Origin: an uncultured Muribaculaceae bacterium
GTDB lineage: Bacteria; Bacteroidota; Bacteroidia; Bacteroidales; Muribaculaceae
Direction of reading: 5' to 3'
Assembly: GCA_947179295.1 (NCBI GenBank)
Contig: CAMXAZ010000003.1
Coordinates: 46,630 to 110,629 of the forward strand
DNA length: 64,000 bases
Position numbers and translations under genes: made by a program. Shown here piece after piece: positions 1 through 8,696 of this stretch; the first letter of the stretch is position 1, and the number at the start of each line of letters is the position of its first letter. Under the pieces are notes generated by a model. It worked only from the letters and a program-made list of their open reading frames with translations. It ran no database searches and was not told the origin of the DNA.

Positions 1-830
1 TCGGCAAAACTTGTGCCGGCGAGGATCGACCCCATCACAAAGGCTCCGAGAGCCAGAGAAAAACCGCAGGCCACCGAGAATACGGCCATGCCAAGACACA
101 ATCCCATTGATATGATCAGCAGGGTTTCGGAATTCAGGAAACGGCGCTGGGAGTTGAGCAGTGACGGCAGCACAAAGACTCCGACCACAAACCAGATGAT
201 CAGGAAGAATGCAAGTTTGCTGACACTGTAGAGCATCTCTCCGCCCTCCACACTGTTATTGATCGCTATTGACGAGAGCACCACCATCATCAACACTGCA
301 AAAAGGTCTTCCACTATAAGCACGGCAAACACCAGCGAGGCAAATTTGCGGTGACGCAGATTCAGGTCTGTGAACGCCTTTATTATAATGGTGGTGGAAG
401 ACATTGACAGCATGCCTCCGAGAAACAGACTGTTGATGTGAGAGAATCCGAGCATATGCCCTACGGCAAAACCCGCACCCATCATGCCGCAGACAATAAA
501 AAGAGCCGTCACCACAGCCGATCCGCCGGCATTCACAAGCTTTTTGAAACTGAATTCCAGACCGAGCGAGAAAAGCAGCACCACAATGCCCAACTGCGCC
601 CAGAATTCAATATTATCCTCTGTGGTTACAGACGGCAGATATTCAAAATTCGGACTGGCAAGAAATCCAGCTACTATATAACCGAGTACCACCGGCTGTT
701 TAAGCCACTTGAACAGAAGGGTGGTTACAGCTCCGAGTATAAGCAGAAAGGCCAGATCGCGGATCAGGCCCTCTACGTTGAAAGCCTCAGCCACCTGTGT
801 GGCATTGGCAAGAATAAGATTCAGTAACAT
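1..830 (-). CDS. cation:proton antiporter (CPA2/Kef-type, Na+/H+ exchanger family), N-terminal part; 3' end lies beyond the window
   Basis: Own translation of the minus strand from ATG (830-828): MLLNLILANATQVAEAFNVEGLIRDLAFLLILGAVTTLLFKWLKQPVVLGYIVAGFLASP...LGLEFSFKKL...LIVEDLFAVLMMVV... The frame stays open to position 1 and is multi-TM. It is absent from the ORF track because it runs off the edge. The + strand ORFs at 13-942 are antisense artefacts. Confidence 0.8.
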   Translation of the reverse strand, partial: MLLNLILANATQVAEAFNVEGLIRDLAFLLILGAVTTLLFKWLKQPVVLGYIVAGFLASPNFEYLPSVTTEDNIEFWAQLGIVVLLFSLGLEFSFKKLVNAGGSAVVTALFIVCGMMGAGFAVGHMLGFSHINSLFLGGMLSMSSTTIIIKAFTDLNLRHRKFASLVFAVLIVEDLFAVLMMVVLSSIAINNSVEGGEMLYSVSKLAFFLIIWFVVGVFVLPSLLNSQRRFLNSETLLIISMGLCLGMAVFSVACGFSLALGAFVMGSILAGTSFA

Positions 831-862
831 GCGTAAGAGGCGAATTGTCGTATTGGCTGCTG

Positions 863-1579
863 TCAGCTCAGATCAGCCTGATTTGACAGAGATATGGATA
901 TTGTGGGGTGCAGGTCGTGGAGAGCCGAGAAGACCTCGATAAAATCAGAGTGCTCGCGGATTAGGATCAGGAGATTGAGCCGCGTTATTGACGCTTCGTA
1001 GTCATATTCCACATACACACGTGAGAGATGGATATTGTAACGTGCGAGCACATCACGATACGGCTCTATTGATTTCACTATTCCTTTGACTTTCAACCGG
1101 ATTGTACGCGCTTCATTCCCCACATTGACCCGGTGTTCGATCTGTTCGAGAATCGTCAGCACGAAAAGCACCAGCAGCGTGGCCACGAATGCGATCAGAT
1201 AAAGACCACACCCTACAGCCATGCCAATCGTGGCGATAATCCATATGCCGGCGGCGGTGGTCAGTCCGCGGACCGAGCCTTTCATCTGGATTATTGTGCC
1301 GGCGCCAAGGAAACCGATGCCTGACAGCACCTGGGCCGCGATACGGCTTGGATCGCCGCGCAGCAGTCCGACTGTTTCCTGGCAGACGTAGATCGAAAGC
1401 ATCATGGCAATACAGGCCCCCATCGAGATGAGCGAGAATGTGCGCACCCCGGCCATCTGGCCCTTGCGCTTACGCTCAATTCCGATCAGGCTGCCAAGCA
1501 GCAGACTGGCCACTATGCGAAGAATCGCAGTCAGAGGAGTCAGTTCCACATTGTCGATTGATTGCCAGAAGTGCTCCAT
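863..1579 (-). CDS. MgtC/SapB family membrane protein
   Basis: 238 aa. LLLGSLIGIERKRKGQMAGVRTFSLISMGA...GIGFLGAGTIIQ...GLTTAAGIW is the typical MgtC membrane domain, followed by a soluble C-terminal domain. Confidence 0.85.
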   Translation of the reverse strand: MEHFWQSIDNVELTPLTAILRIVASLLLGSLIGIERKRKGQMAGVRTFSLISMGACIAMMLSIYVCQETVGLLRGDPSRIAAQVLSGIGFLGAGTIIQMKGSVRGLTTAAGIWIIATIGMAVGCGLYLIAFVATLLVLFVLTILEQIEHRVNVGNEARTIRLKVKGIVKSIEPYRDVLARYNIHLSRVYVEYDYEASITRLNLLILIREHSDFIEVFSALHDLHPTISISLSNQADLS

Positions 1580-1587
1580 CTCCCCTA

Positions 1588-2499
1588 TTATTTTTTCAAT
1601 GTGAAGTGGCGTGAACTGAGACGATAGCCGTCAGTGAACAGTTCTACGGTATAGTCTCCGGGGGTCAGAGTTGTGTTCACATCCCAGTAGATCTTGATTC
1701 CGGCAATTTCATCGCCGGCATATTCGATGCTCTTGCGCGCACTGCAAGGCACTGATTTGCCTTCGAATGAGAACGAGCCGGCACCACCGAGCAGCTGGCC
1801 TTCGGGATTCACAATGCGCAGATAGATCACTTTCTCACCTACCGGAGTCGAGTTGTTCTGAGGAATGGTAAATGTCACCATCAGCTGCTTGGCCTTGGTT
1901 ACATTTTTCTCAACCTTGCCGTTTTTCTTAAGAGCCGTAAGAGTCACACCTGTCACGTTGAGTTTTTCGGCGAGTGTCATACGCTCGCTGAGAGTTTCAT
2001 TGTTGCGTGTAACCTCCTGCACCTGAGATGACAGACGCTGGTTCTGATCCTTGATCTCCTGATTTTCGGCGCGCAGACCGGCGTTTTCCTTATTCAGTGA
2101 GTCAATCTGAGCTATGTAGTGACGGAGAAGCCCCTTGAGAGTGGAGATCTCATTCTGAAGTTCATTGATACGGGCCTGCGACTTTACCTTCTCGCTCTTA
2201 AGCTCTTTCATAAGCTCTTCGACCTTGGCTTTGGCTGCGGTATATTTAGCAAGAATGGTATCGTTGGCCAGACGCTGGGCCTGGTCTTCATACTGCTGAA
2301 ACTCGGCATTGAGCATATCAAACTCATTGGAGAGCTGAAGCTGTTCGTTCTGAAGCTGCAGTTCTTCATTCTGAAGACGGGCTTCATTCACTTCTGATTT
2401 GAGAGAAGCCACCTGAGTGACTCCAAACCCTACGGCGATAAGCAAAAGAACTGCCAGAACTATGATCAGAATGATCATCGGCGACATCTTACCTTTCAT
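1588..2499 (-). CDS. membrane-anchored coiled-coil protein with a beta-rich C-terminal domain (function unknown)
   Basis: The ORF-track start at 2559 is a TTG that overlaps the promoter box. The first ATG (2499) gives MKGKMSPMIILIIVLAVLLLIAVGFGV (TM anchor), then about 170 aa of Q/E/L/K heptad-like sequence, then about 120 aa of beta-rich sequence (VTFTIPQN...YTVELFTDGYRL). Confidence 0.7.
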   Translation of the reverse strand: MKGKMSPMIILIIVLAVLLLIAVGFGVTQVASLKSEVNEARLQNEELQLQNEQLQLSNEFDMLNAEFQQYEDQAQRLANDTILAKYTAAKAKVEELMKELKSEKVKSQARINELQNEISTLKGLLRHYIAQIDSLNKENAGLRAENQEIKDQNQRLSSQVQEVTRNNETLSERMTLAEKLNVTGVTLTALKKNGKVEKNVTKAKQLMVTFTIPQNNSTPVGEKVIYLRIVNPEGQLLGGAGSFSFEGKSVPCSARKSIEYAGDEIAGIKIYWDVNTTLTPGDYTVELFTDGYRLSSRHFTLKK

Positions 2500-2556
2500 A
2501 TTGCTGTCTATAAAATTTTTATACTTGTTTTTAAGCGGTTGTCCTTTGAAATTTTG

Positions 2557-2564
2557 CAAAATTA
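2557..2564 (-). promoter_or_regulatory. Bacteroidota -7 box TAATTTTG upstream of the coiled-coil gene
   Basis: Exact TAnnTTTG match on the minus strand, about 58 nt upstream of ATG 2499. Confidence 0.55.
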
Positions 2565-2616
2565 CTAAACCCTTGCTAAAAAAACAAATCCAAATTCAGG
2601 CTTGCACTTGAAATGA

Positions 2617-2642
2617 CAATCGAGACAAGCAATCGAGACAAG
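2617..2642. repeat. perfect 13-bp tandem duplication (caatcgagacaag x2) in the intergenic region upstream of the coiled-coil gene promoter
   Basis: Read directly: gaCAATCGAGACAAGCAATCGAGACAAGctat. It lies about 55-85 nt upstream of the minus-strand -7 box at 2557-2564. Confidence 0.8.
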
Positions 2643-2648
2643 CTATAT

Positions 2649-2700
2649 GCCAAAACGGAAATCCCCGGTGGATGCGGTCAGGGACCACATGCACCGGGGA
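2649..2700 (-). terminator. intrinsic terminator after the beta-barrel gene
   Basis: Arms tccccggtg (2662-2670) and caccgggga (2692-2700) with inner ggtc/gacc pairing. On the minus strand it is followed by tttccgtttt. Confidence 0.6.
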
Positions 2701-2724
2701 TAGCATATGCCTATTAATAATCTC

Positions 2725-4092
2725 TTAGAACGGGATGTTCAGACCGAAGTTAACGTTGGCGTTCGAATTGAGGGGAACACCCTGCTTTGCAAGCTTGCAG
2801 GGAGTGCGGTCAGAGGCGACAAACAGATTGAAGCCCGGAACTTTCAGGTTGACTATCCAGCCGAATGAAGCTCCGAAAGTACCCACTCCGAAATTGACAC
2901 CTGCTGAAAGGCATTTTACCGGCTCTACGTTGGCCGACAGACGGAAATCAGTCCAGGTGAACGGGCCGTTGATACGGGTTGTGTTCAAGAAGCCGAACTT
3001 TGCGCGACGGTAGACCGGAAGAGTGTACTGGGCGCCGATATTCATCGTAGCACCGATGCCAGACGTACGGCTGCCGGTGTCGCCAAGGTCTTCGAGCTGA
3101 TAGAGCATGGAAAGATTGTCCTTGAATTCGTCCCATGTATCATTGTTGTCGACGTTGAATGTGTATTCGTCTGTGACTACCTGCTGATTGCCGTTGGTAG
3201 AGGCAACATGATTGTTGTTCCATGAGATGAAACCGAGATCAAGAAGCGAAGCAGAGAATTCCCAGTCGTCGTTGAGACGATATACGGCACCGAGATCAAC
3301 AGCCGCGCCATAGCCGCTGACAGGCGAGAAATCCTCAACCTCAACGCCGTTGACATAATCGCGGTGAGAATCTTCATTGTATTTTGTCTTATACTTCAGG
3401 TTCTTGAGGCTTCCCTGCAGTTCGGCATCTACATTGGCCACCCAGGTATCCTCGCGCAGCTGAAGTTTGGCGGAATTGATATTGGTCTCCACAGAGCCGA
3501 CGCCCACAAGAAGTTTGAGAGTGGCTCCCACGCGGAGTTTCTCATTGATCTGACGGGAGTGGCCGAGTGCGATTTCAGCCCATCCGGCTCCGCGCACATT
3601 GAGATCAGAAAGGTCATAGGTGGAGTTTTCGACACCTTGTTTTGCCAGACGGAATATATCTTTCGGCAGAGCCACGCCTATATCGGCACGGGCATTCACG
3701 CTCACAGTATTGTAGCCACCGAGGCCGCTGAAACCGAACGCAATCACAGTCTCACGCAGGCTTACTCCAAGACGACTCTTGTCTTTGAGCCCGTCAAGCA
3801 CTTTCGAGGCGCTCACCTCAGGGTTGAGGAAAGTGGTGGTCTGACCGTTGACGTTGTAGAGTATATGGTTGATACCGATTGTTCCGTTAGTGGCTACATT
3901 AAGGTTACCGATTCCGGGCATAGCCACAAAACCGTGGCCCTCATTGCCGAATGCCGGGTTTGACTGGAAGCGATAAAGATAATTGTCATCAAAATAGCCC
4001 GACTGAAGATTCTGGGCAGAAAGGCCTGCGGGAAGCAGGGCCATAACCGCAGCCATCCCCCATCCGGCCAGATTTTTTATATTGGATTTCAT
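2725..4092 (-). CDS. outer-membrane beta-barrel protein (FadL/PorP-like; possibly DUF5723 family)
   Basis: Signal peptide MKSNIKNLAGWGMAAVMALLPAGLSAQ, N-terminal YFDDNYLYRFQSNPAF motif, amphipathic beta-strand pattern throughout, and an OMP beta-signal at the C-terminus (...NVNFGLNIPF). Confidence 0.7.
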   Translation of the reverse strand: MKSNIKNLAGWGMAAVMALLPAGLSAQNLQSGYFDDNYLYRFQSNPAFGNEGHGFVAMPGIGNLNVATNGTIGINHILYNVNGQTTTFLNPEVSASKVLDGLKDKSRLGVSLRETVIAFGFSGLGGYNTVSVNARADIGVALPKDIFRLAKQGVENSTYDLSDLNVRGAGWAEIALGHSRQINEKLRVGATLKLLVGVGSVETNINSAKLQLREDTWVANVDAELQGSLKNLKYKTKYNEDSHRDYVNGVEVEDFSPVSGYGAAVDLGAVYRLNDDWEFSASLLDLGFISWNNNHVASTNGNQQVVTDEYTFNVDNNDTWDEFKDNLSMLYQLEDLGDTGSRTSGIGATMNIGAQYTLPVYRRAKFGFLNTTRINGPFTWTDFRLSANVEPVKCLSAGVNFGVGTFGASFGWIVNLKVPGFNLFVASDRTPCKLAKQGVPLNSNANVNFGLNIPF

Positions 4093-4124
4093 TTCTTACT
4101 ATGTTTTTAAGGGTATGGTTGAGG

Positions 4125-5945
4125 TTAAAGTTCGTCAATATAGAAGCCTGAAACAGTCGCTTTGATACCGGTCAGCTTTATCGTGTCATCCGGACGGAGT
4201 GTAACACCGTCTTTTGTCACTACGGCTGTAGCGAAATAGCGGACACCGTCAAGGCTCTTTATCGTTCCTGTGCTTTCGAGTTCGATAGCGGAGGTCTCGC
4301 CGGCTCTCACAGTAATGCTGCCGAGGCTCACAGGTTTGCCTGTGGCGAGATCCTTACACTGATTTCCCTGCACATCAACCGGATATCCGGACAGAACAAT
4401 GTCGAATGGCAGAGAGTTGGTCACTGTGGCTCCTAACTTGAGTTTCTCAATTGTAACCTTGTCAAGAGTCTCGTCGCTCCAGCCGTCAGTCACTTCGTCA
4501 TAGACGATTTTTGAATTTACGCCCAGATTGAGCGGCGCATAGAACTTATAAACGCCCTCAAGTTTCTGAAGTGTCTGGGGAACAGTGAAATTGGTGACCA
4601 TGCCGGGGCCTACTTTAGGATCGTCAAACGACACTTCGATTGTTGAAGGAAGACCGTTGCCGCTGAGCACATTGCCAAGACCCTGGTAACGCACCGGAAC
4701 AGCATTTGCAAATCCTTCAAACGAACCTGCGGCCGATGGATCGGGAGCAAGACAGAATTTGTAAGGACCGGCAATGCCTGCATTATGGCCGATATTGATC
4801 AGCTCGCCTGCATCAAGAGAGTAAGGCTTGCGGCTGCCGTCTTTACGACATGCTGTAAGTGTAAGGCCGCTGCTTGCGTCCAGGCTGTAGCCTGCAAGTG
4901 GATTGTTGATCGAAAGATAAAGCTGAGGATTGGCCATTGTGATGTTGGTCTCATCCTGACGCAGAAGATCGGGCAGATCATTGAGCGCTACGGGATCGAC
5001 GTTGAAATCGCTGATGCTATAACAGATCTCGCCGTCAACAGCATTCACTGCTATGTCAGATCCGACAGGCGAAAGAGTCAGAGTGGTCTGAGTCGGCACC
5101 GAAGATATGCTACTGTTTGTCACGGCAACCACATATCCGTCCTCAACTCCGATGCTTCCGCGGATGGTGAGAGTGCCCGGATTCTTACCGGAAGGGTCCG
5201 GAACAAACGAATAGAGACCCTGATCAGCAAGTTTTGCAAAGTCAATTTCATCCACTCGGATGGTCACTTTATGGCTCATGACACCGGTACTGAGGTTGAT
5301 GTCCGACAGATGTATTACACCGTTGTCTGAAACATAGTCCGGCGTATGAAGACCGACAGGAAGTTTCAGATACAGATTGCGGAATGCTACTGATTTGAAA
5401 GCTTTTCCACTATTAAGCACACTGAGGGTGATGTCAATGGTCCAGTCGACAGCGATCTTTGACAGCGAGCGGATGCTCTTGTCGACAGTTGCGGACGTAT
5501 AGGTAAACGATGTGTTGAAGCCTTCGATACTATAAGTAAAGCTCTGTTCACCGATGCCCAGCGGAGGGATAACGATGTCGGTATTTCCGTTGACAAGAGA
5601 AATTGTGGTTGATGCGTCAGGAATGAACGGACGGGCAAGGGAGACTGAATTGACCTTGAGGTCTTCAGATTTGAATTCTCCATCGACAAGCACTGCATAT
5701 ATGCCGTCGACTTCCTTAACCACACTTTCGTCATCAAGATCAAATACATTTGACAGGGTTATCTCGTCAAGATTGACAGGAACAACAAGATTGTTCACCT
5801 TGATCTCGGCGGTTGTGTCAATGTCCGAGAGGTCGTAATTGTCATCAATACATGCGGTCAATGGCAGAGATGCCACAGCTACGGCAGTCAATGACAGTCG
5901 TGAAAGGGATTTGTACATATGTTTAAAATAATGATTGGTTGTCAT
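4125..5945 (-). CDS. large cell-surface lipoprotein, unknown function
   Basis: 606 aa with lipobox ...VASLPLTAC-IDDNYD. An alternative start at 5918 gives MYKSLSRLSLTAV.... The protein is beta-rich, T/S/V/D-rich and has no catalytic motif I recognise. Its stop is 33 nt upstream of the barrel gene. Confidence 0.7.
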   Translation of the reverse strand: MTTNHYFKHMYKSLSRLSLTAVAVASLPLTACIDDNYDLSDIDTTAEIKVNNLVVPVNLDEITLSNVFDLDDESVVKEVDGIYAVLVDGEFKSEDLKVNSVSLARPFIPDASTTISLVNGNTDIVIPPLGIGEQSFTYSIEGFNTSFTYTSATVDKSIRSLSKIAVDWTIDITLSVLNSGKAFKSVAFRNLYLKLPVGLHTPDYVSDNGVIHLSDINLSTGVMSHKVTIRVDEIDFAKLADQGLYSFVPDPSGKNPGTLTIRGSIGVEDGYVVAVTNSSISSVPTQTTLTLSPVGSDIAVNAVDGEICYSISDFNVDPVALNDLPDLLRQDETNITMANPQLYLSINNPLAGYSLDASSGLTLTACRKDGSRKPYSLDAGELINIGHNAGIAGPYKFCLAPDPSAAGSFEGFANAVPVRYQGLGNVLSGNGLPSTIEVSFDDPKVGPGMVTNFTVPQTLQKLEGVYKFYAPLNLGVNSKIVYDEVTDGWSDETLDKVTIEKLKLGATVTNSLPFDIVLSGYPVDVQGNQCKDLATGKPVSLGSITVRAGETSAIELESTGTIKSLDGVRYFATAVVTKDGVTLRPDDTIKLTGIKATVSGFYIDEL

Positions 5946-6126
5946 TTAAATCCATATATGACATCCACGCAAAACCTTGTGTTTAACCGGTTATCAGGCC
6001 GATGCAATAATATCAGATAAAGAATCCACTCTGCAATCGGATTAAAGTCAACAAAAAAATCAGTTAAATCAGTCACTTGGACTTTGCCGGATATTATATT
6101 GTGTGTGAATTATCTGGAAAGCGATG

Positions 6127-6134
6127 CAAAAATA
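6127..6134 (-). promoter_or_regulatory. candidate -7 box TATTTTTG for the lipoprotein/barrel operon
   Basis: Exact TAnnTTTG match on the minus strand, but about 180-210 nt upstream of the start codon. Confidence 0.35.
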
Positions 6135-6270
6135 CAAATTTTCACAATGTCTAACAATATTTTTCGCAATTAAAAATTAAACAGTATGCTTTTTATACCT
6201 CCGGCGGGTTAACCGGCCTGTGCAGACTGCGATTTTAAGCCTTCGGCTTGGTTATTTGAGCAGGGAAATG

Positions 6271-6278
6271 TAACTTTG
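6271..6278 (+). promoter_or_regulatory. -7 box TAACTTTG upstream of the TamL-like gene
   Basis: Exact match, with only 9 nt between the box and ATG 6288. Confidence 0.55.
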
Positions 6279-6287
6279 TACACTAAT

Positions 6288-8630
6288 ATGCGTAGAAAAT
6301 CGCAAATCCTGATGATCATGGTCTCGCTGTGTGCTCTCATTACCTTGTGGAGTTGCAGCGCGACCCGTCATGTGCCACGCGGCAAATACATGCTTGACGA
6401 TGTCAGCATTGAAATTTCCGGAGATAAGTCCGTAAGCAGCCATGATCTGATAAACTATCTGAAACAGTCGCCAAACCATGAAGTGTTAGGCTTCTGGAAA
6501 CTCCAGTTAGGCACCTATAACCTGTCAGGCAAAGACTCGACAAAATGGTATAACCGCTGGGTGCGGCGCATGGGGCAGGCTCCGGTCATATATTCCCAGT
6601 CGCTCACCGATGCTTCTGTCAGGCAGCTCAGACTCGCTCTTGTGAACCGTGGCTATCTTGAAGCAGAAGTAACTGCCGACACCCTGATGATGCCGGCGGA
6701 AAAAAAAATCAAGGTCGCCTATAAAATTAACACCGGTGAGCCACGGCGCATTGCAGTCATTCGCCATGAAATACCCGACTCTGCAGTCAGACGGCTGATA
6801 CTTGCCGACTCCGCCCAGTTCACAATCCATCCCGGCGACCGCTTTGACCGCGACAATCTTGATTCCGAACGCGCACTTATCACCCAAAGGCTCCGCGAGC
6901 ACGGCTATTATTCCTTCAACAAGGAATATATCACCTTCTATGCCGACACATCAGAATTCAACAAGGATGTAGACCTCACCCTTGCAGTCCGTGCCCCCAG
7001 AAACTCAGCCAACAGACAGCAAGCCGCAGACAGCACGACAAATCACAATATATATTATATAAATAAGGTATATTTCGTCACAAGCAGTTCCGGCTACAAC
7101 TCATCGTCAGAAATCGCAGGCGACACAGTTGTCTATAAAGACATCACTGTCATCTACGGCAAAGACCATTATCTGAAACCGGGAGTCCTGCAGCAAAAGT
7201 GCTTTATAACTCCCGGCAGCCTCTACCGGGCCTCGGATGTAGACCGTACATACGAAGCCCTCGCCAGGCTTGGCATACTGAAATCAATAAACATTGAATT
7301 AGTTCCGGCCGGGAGCGCGAACGGGCGGCATGAACTGGATGCCTACATACTGCTTGCACGAAACAAAAAACAGTCAGTCACATTCGACGTCGAAGGCACC
7401 AATTCGGAAGGAGATCTCGGCTTCGGACTTGGAGCCACATACCAGCACCGCAATCTCGCCAAGGGGTCTCAGCTTCTGACAGCCCGTCTGCGCATGAACT
7501 ACGAAAGCCTTTCAGGCAAGTTCAACGGCCTGATCAACGACCGTTACACAGAATATGCAGGCGAAATCGGCATTACCTTCCCGAAATTTGAATTCCCCTT
7601 CGCATCTCAGAGCGTCAAACACCGACTCAATGTCGACACTGAGTTCGCCCTCTCGTTCAACTATCAGGAACGGCCGGAATATACCCGAATAATAGCCGGC
7701 GCGGCATGGAAATACAAATGGGTGAACCGCAACAACACGCGACGCCACAATTTCGACCTGATAGACATCAATTACGTCTATCTGCCTGAAAGCACTCTTG
7801 ACTTTCTTGACCAGATAGCCCCTGACAATCCGTTGCTGCGCTACAGCTATGAAGACCATTTCATCATGAGCATGGCATACCGCTATTATTACACCAACAA
7901 GAGGATACCGTCGTCTCTGCTGCGAAAATACACTCTCCAGCCGAGAGTCTACACCCTCCGTGCTTCCGTAGAAACCGCCGGCAACCTCCTTTATGCCATC
8001 TCGTCACTCTCAAACGCAAGGAAACACAACGGTTCATACAATGTGTTCGGCATAAACTACTCACAATACGTAAAAGGAGAGGTGGACTATGCGATCACCC
8101 GCAACTTCAACCAGCGCCACTCGCTCGCATTCCACGCCGGAGCGGGCATCGGTGTGCCTTACGGCAATTCGACAGTACTCCCATTCGAAAAACGCTTCTA
8201 TGCAGGAGGAGCCAACGGCGTCAGAGGATGGGGAGTCCGCACACTCGGCCCCGGAAGCTATGACTCACGCAATTCAGTGACAGACTTCATCAACCAGTGT
8301 GGTGACATCCGCCTGGATCTGAGTCTCGAATACCGGTCCAAACTTTTCTGGGTAATTGAAGGCGGAGTCTTTGTAGATGCCGGAAACATCTGGACAATAC
8401 GCAACTACGAAAACCAGCCCGGAGGAATGTTCCATTTCGACACATTCTGGAAACAGATCGCCGCCGCTTATGGCTTAGGCCTGCGCTTCGACTTCACTTA
8501 TTTCCTCCTGCGCCTTGACCTCGGCATGAAAGCCCACAACCCCGCAACCGGTCAGGAACGATGGCCCATAATCCACCCTGACTGGCACCGTGACGCCACA
8601 TTCCATTTTGCCGTAGGCTATCCATTTTGA
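6288..8630 (+). CDS. Omp85-superfamily protein, lipidated TamA-like (TamL-type) translocation/assembly module protein
   Basis: The ORF-track start at 6276 is a TTG inside the -7 box. ATG 6288 gives MRRKSQILMIMVSLCALITLWSC (lipobox). POTRA-like N-terminal region, C-terminal surface-antigen barrel (FYAGGANGVRGW, ...FHFAVGYPF). Confidence 0.8.
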   Translation: MRRKSQILMIMVSLCALITLWSCSATRHVPRGKYMLDDVSIEISGDKSVSSHDLINYLKQSPNHEVLGFWKLQLGTYNLSGKDSTKWYNRWVRRMGQAPVIYSQSLTDASVRQLRLALVNRGYLEAEVTADTLMMPAEKKIKVAYKINTGEPRRIAVIRHEIPDSAVRRLILADSAQFTIHPGDRFDRDNLDSERALITQRLREHGYYSFNKEYITFYADTSEFNKDVDLTLAVRAPRNSANRQQAADSTTNHNIYYINKVYFVTSSSGYNSSSEIAGDTVVYKDITVIYGKDHYLKPGVLQQKCFITPGSLYRASDVDRTYEALARLGILKSINIELVPAGSANGRHELDAYILLARNKKQSVTFDVEGTNSEGDLGFGLGATYQHRNLAKGSQLLTARLRMNYESLSGKFNGLINDRYTEYAGEIGITFPKFEFPFASQSVKHRLNVDTEFALSFNYQERPEYTRIIAGAAWKYKWVNRNNTRRHNFDLIDINYVYLPESTLDFLDQIAPDNPLLRYSYEDHFIMSMAYRYYYTNKRIPSSLLRKYTLQPRVYTLRASVETAGNLLYAISSLSNARKHNGSYNVFGINYSQYVKGEVDYAITRNFNQRHSLAFHAGAGIGVPYGNSTVLPFEKRFYAGGANGVRGWGVRTLGPGSYDSRNSVTDFINQCGDIRLDLSLEYRSKLFWVIEGGVFVDAGNIWTIRNYENQPGGMFHFDTFWKQIAAAYGLGLRFDFTYFLLRLDLGMKAHNPATGQERWPIIHPDWHRDATFHFAVGYPF

Positions 8631-8696
8631 TATATCATTCAACAGACAATTCCAAACCGGTTAATCCCGGTCAATATAAACATATCACCATACAGC

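Noticed and set aside
3364-3963. Long antisense or alternative-frame ORFs inside well-supported genes. Examples: 3364-3963 (+), 13416-14063 (-), 16197-16715 (+), 36630-37448 (+), 42758-43270 (+), 51551-52270 (+), 52412-53002 (+), 56769-57530 (+, 253 aa, opposite dapF).
   Set aside because: Each lies opposite to or out of frame with a gene whose translation carries unmistakable family motifs. Their own translations are low-complexity, Arg/Ser/Cys/His-rich and without motifs, and none has a promoter box. They are typical shadow ORFs in roughly 50% GC coding DNA.
6276-6287. ORF-track N-terminal extensions that use TTG/GTG starts. Examples: 6276, 18265, 2559, 23109, 25064, 26226, 28571, 37691, 49050, 51098.
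   Set aside because: Several overlap the promoter box itself or add residues before a canonical N-terminus or signal peptide. I used the first ATG that restores the family-typical start. recN (TTG), rlmB (GTG) and the methyltransferase (GTG) were kept because no better ATG exists.
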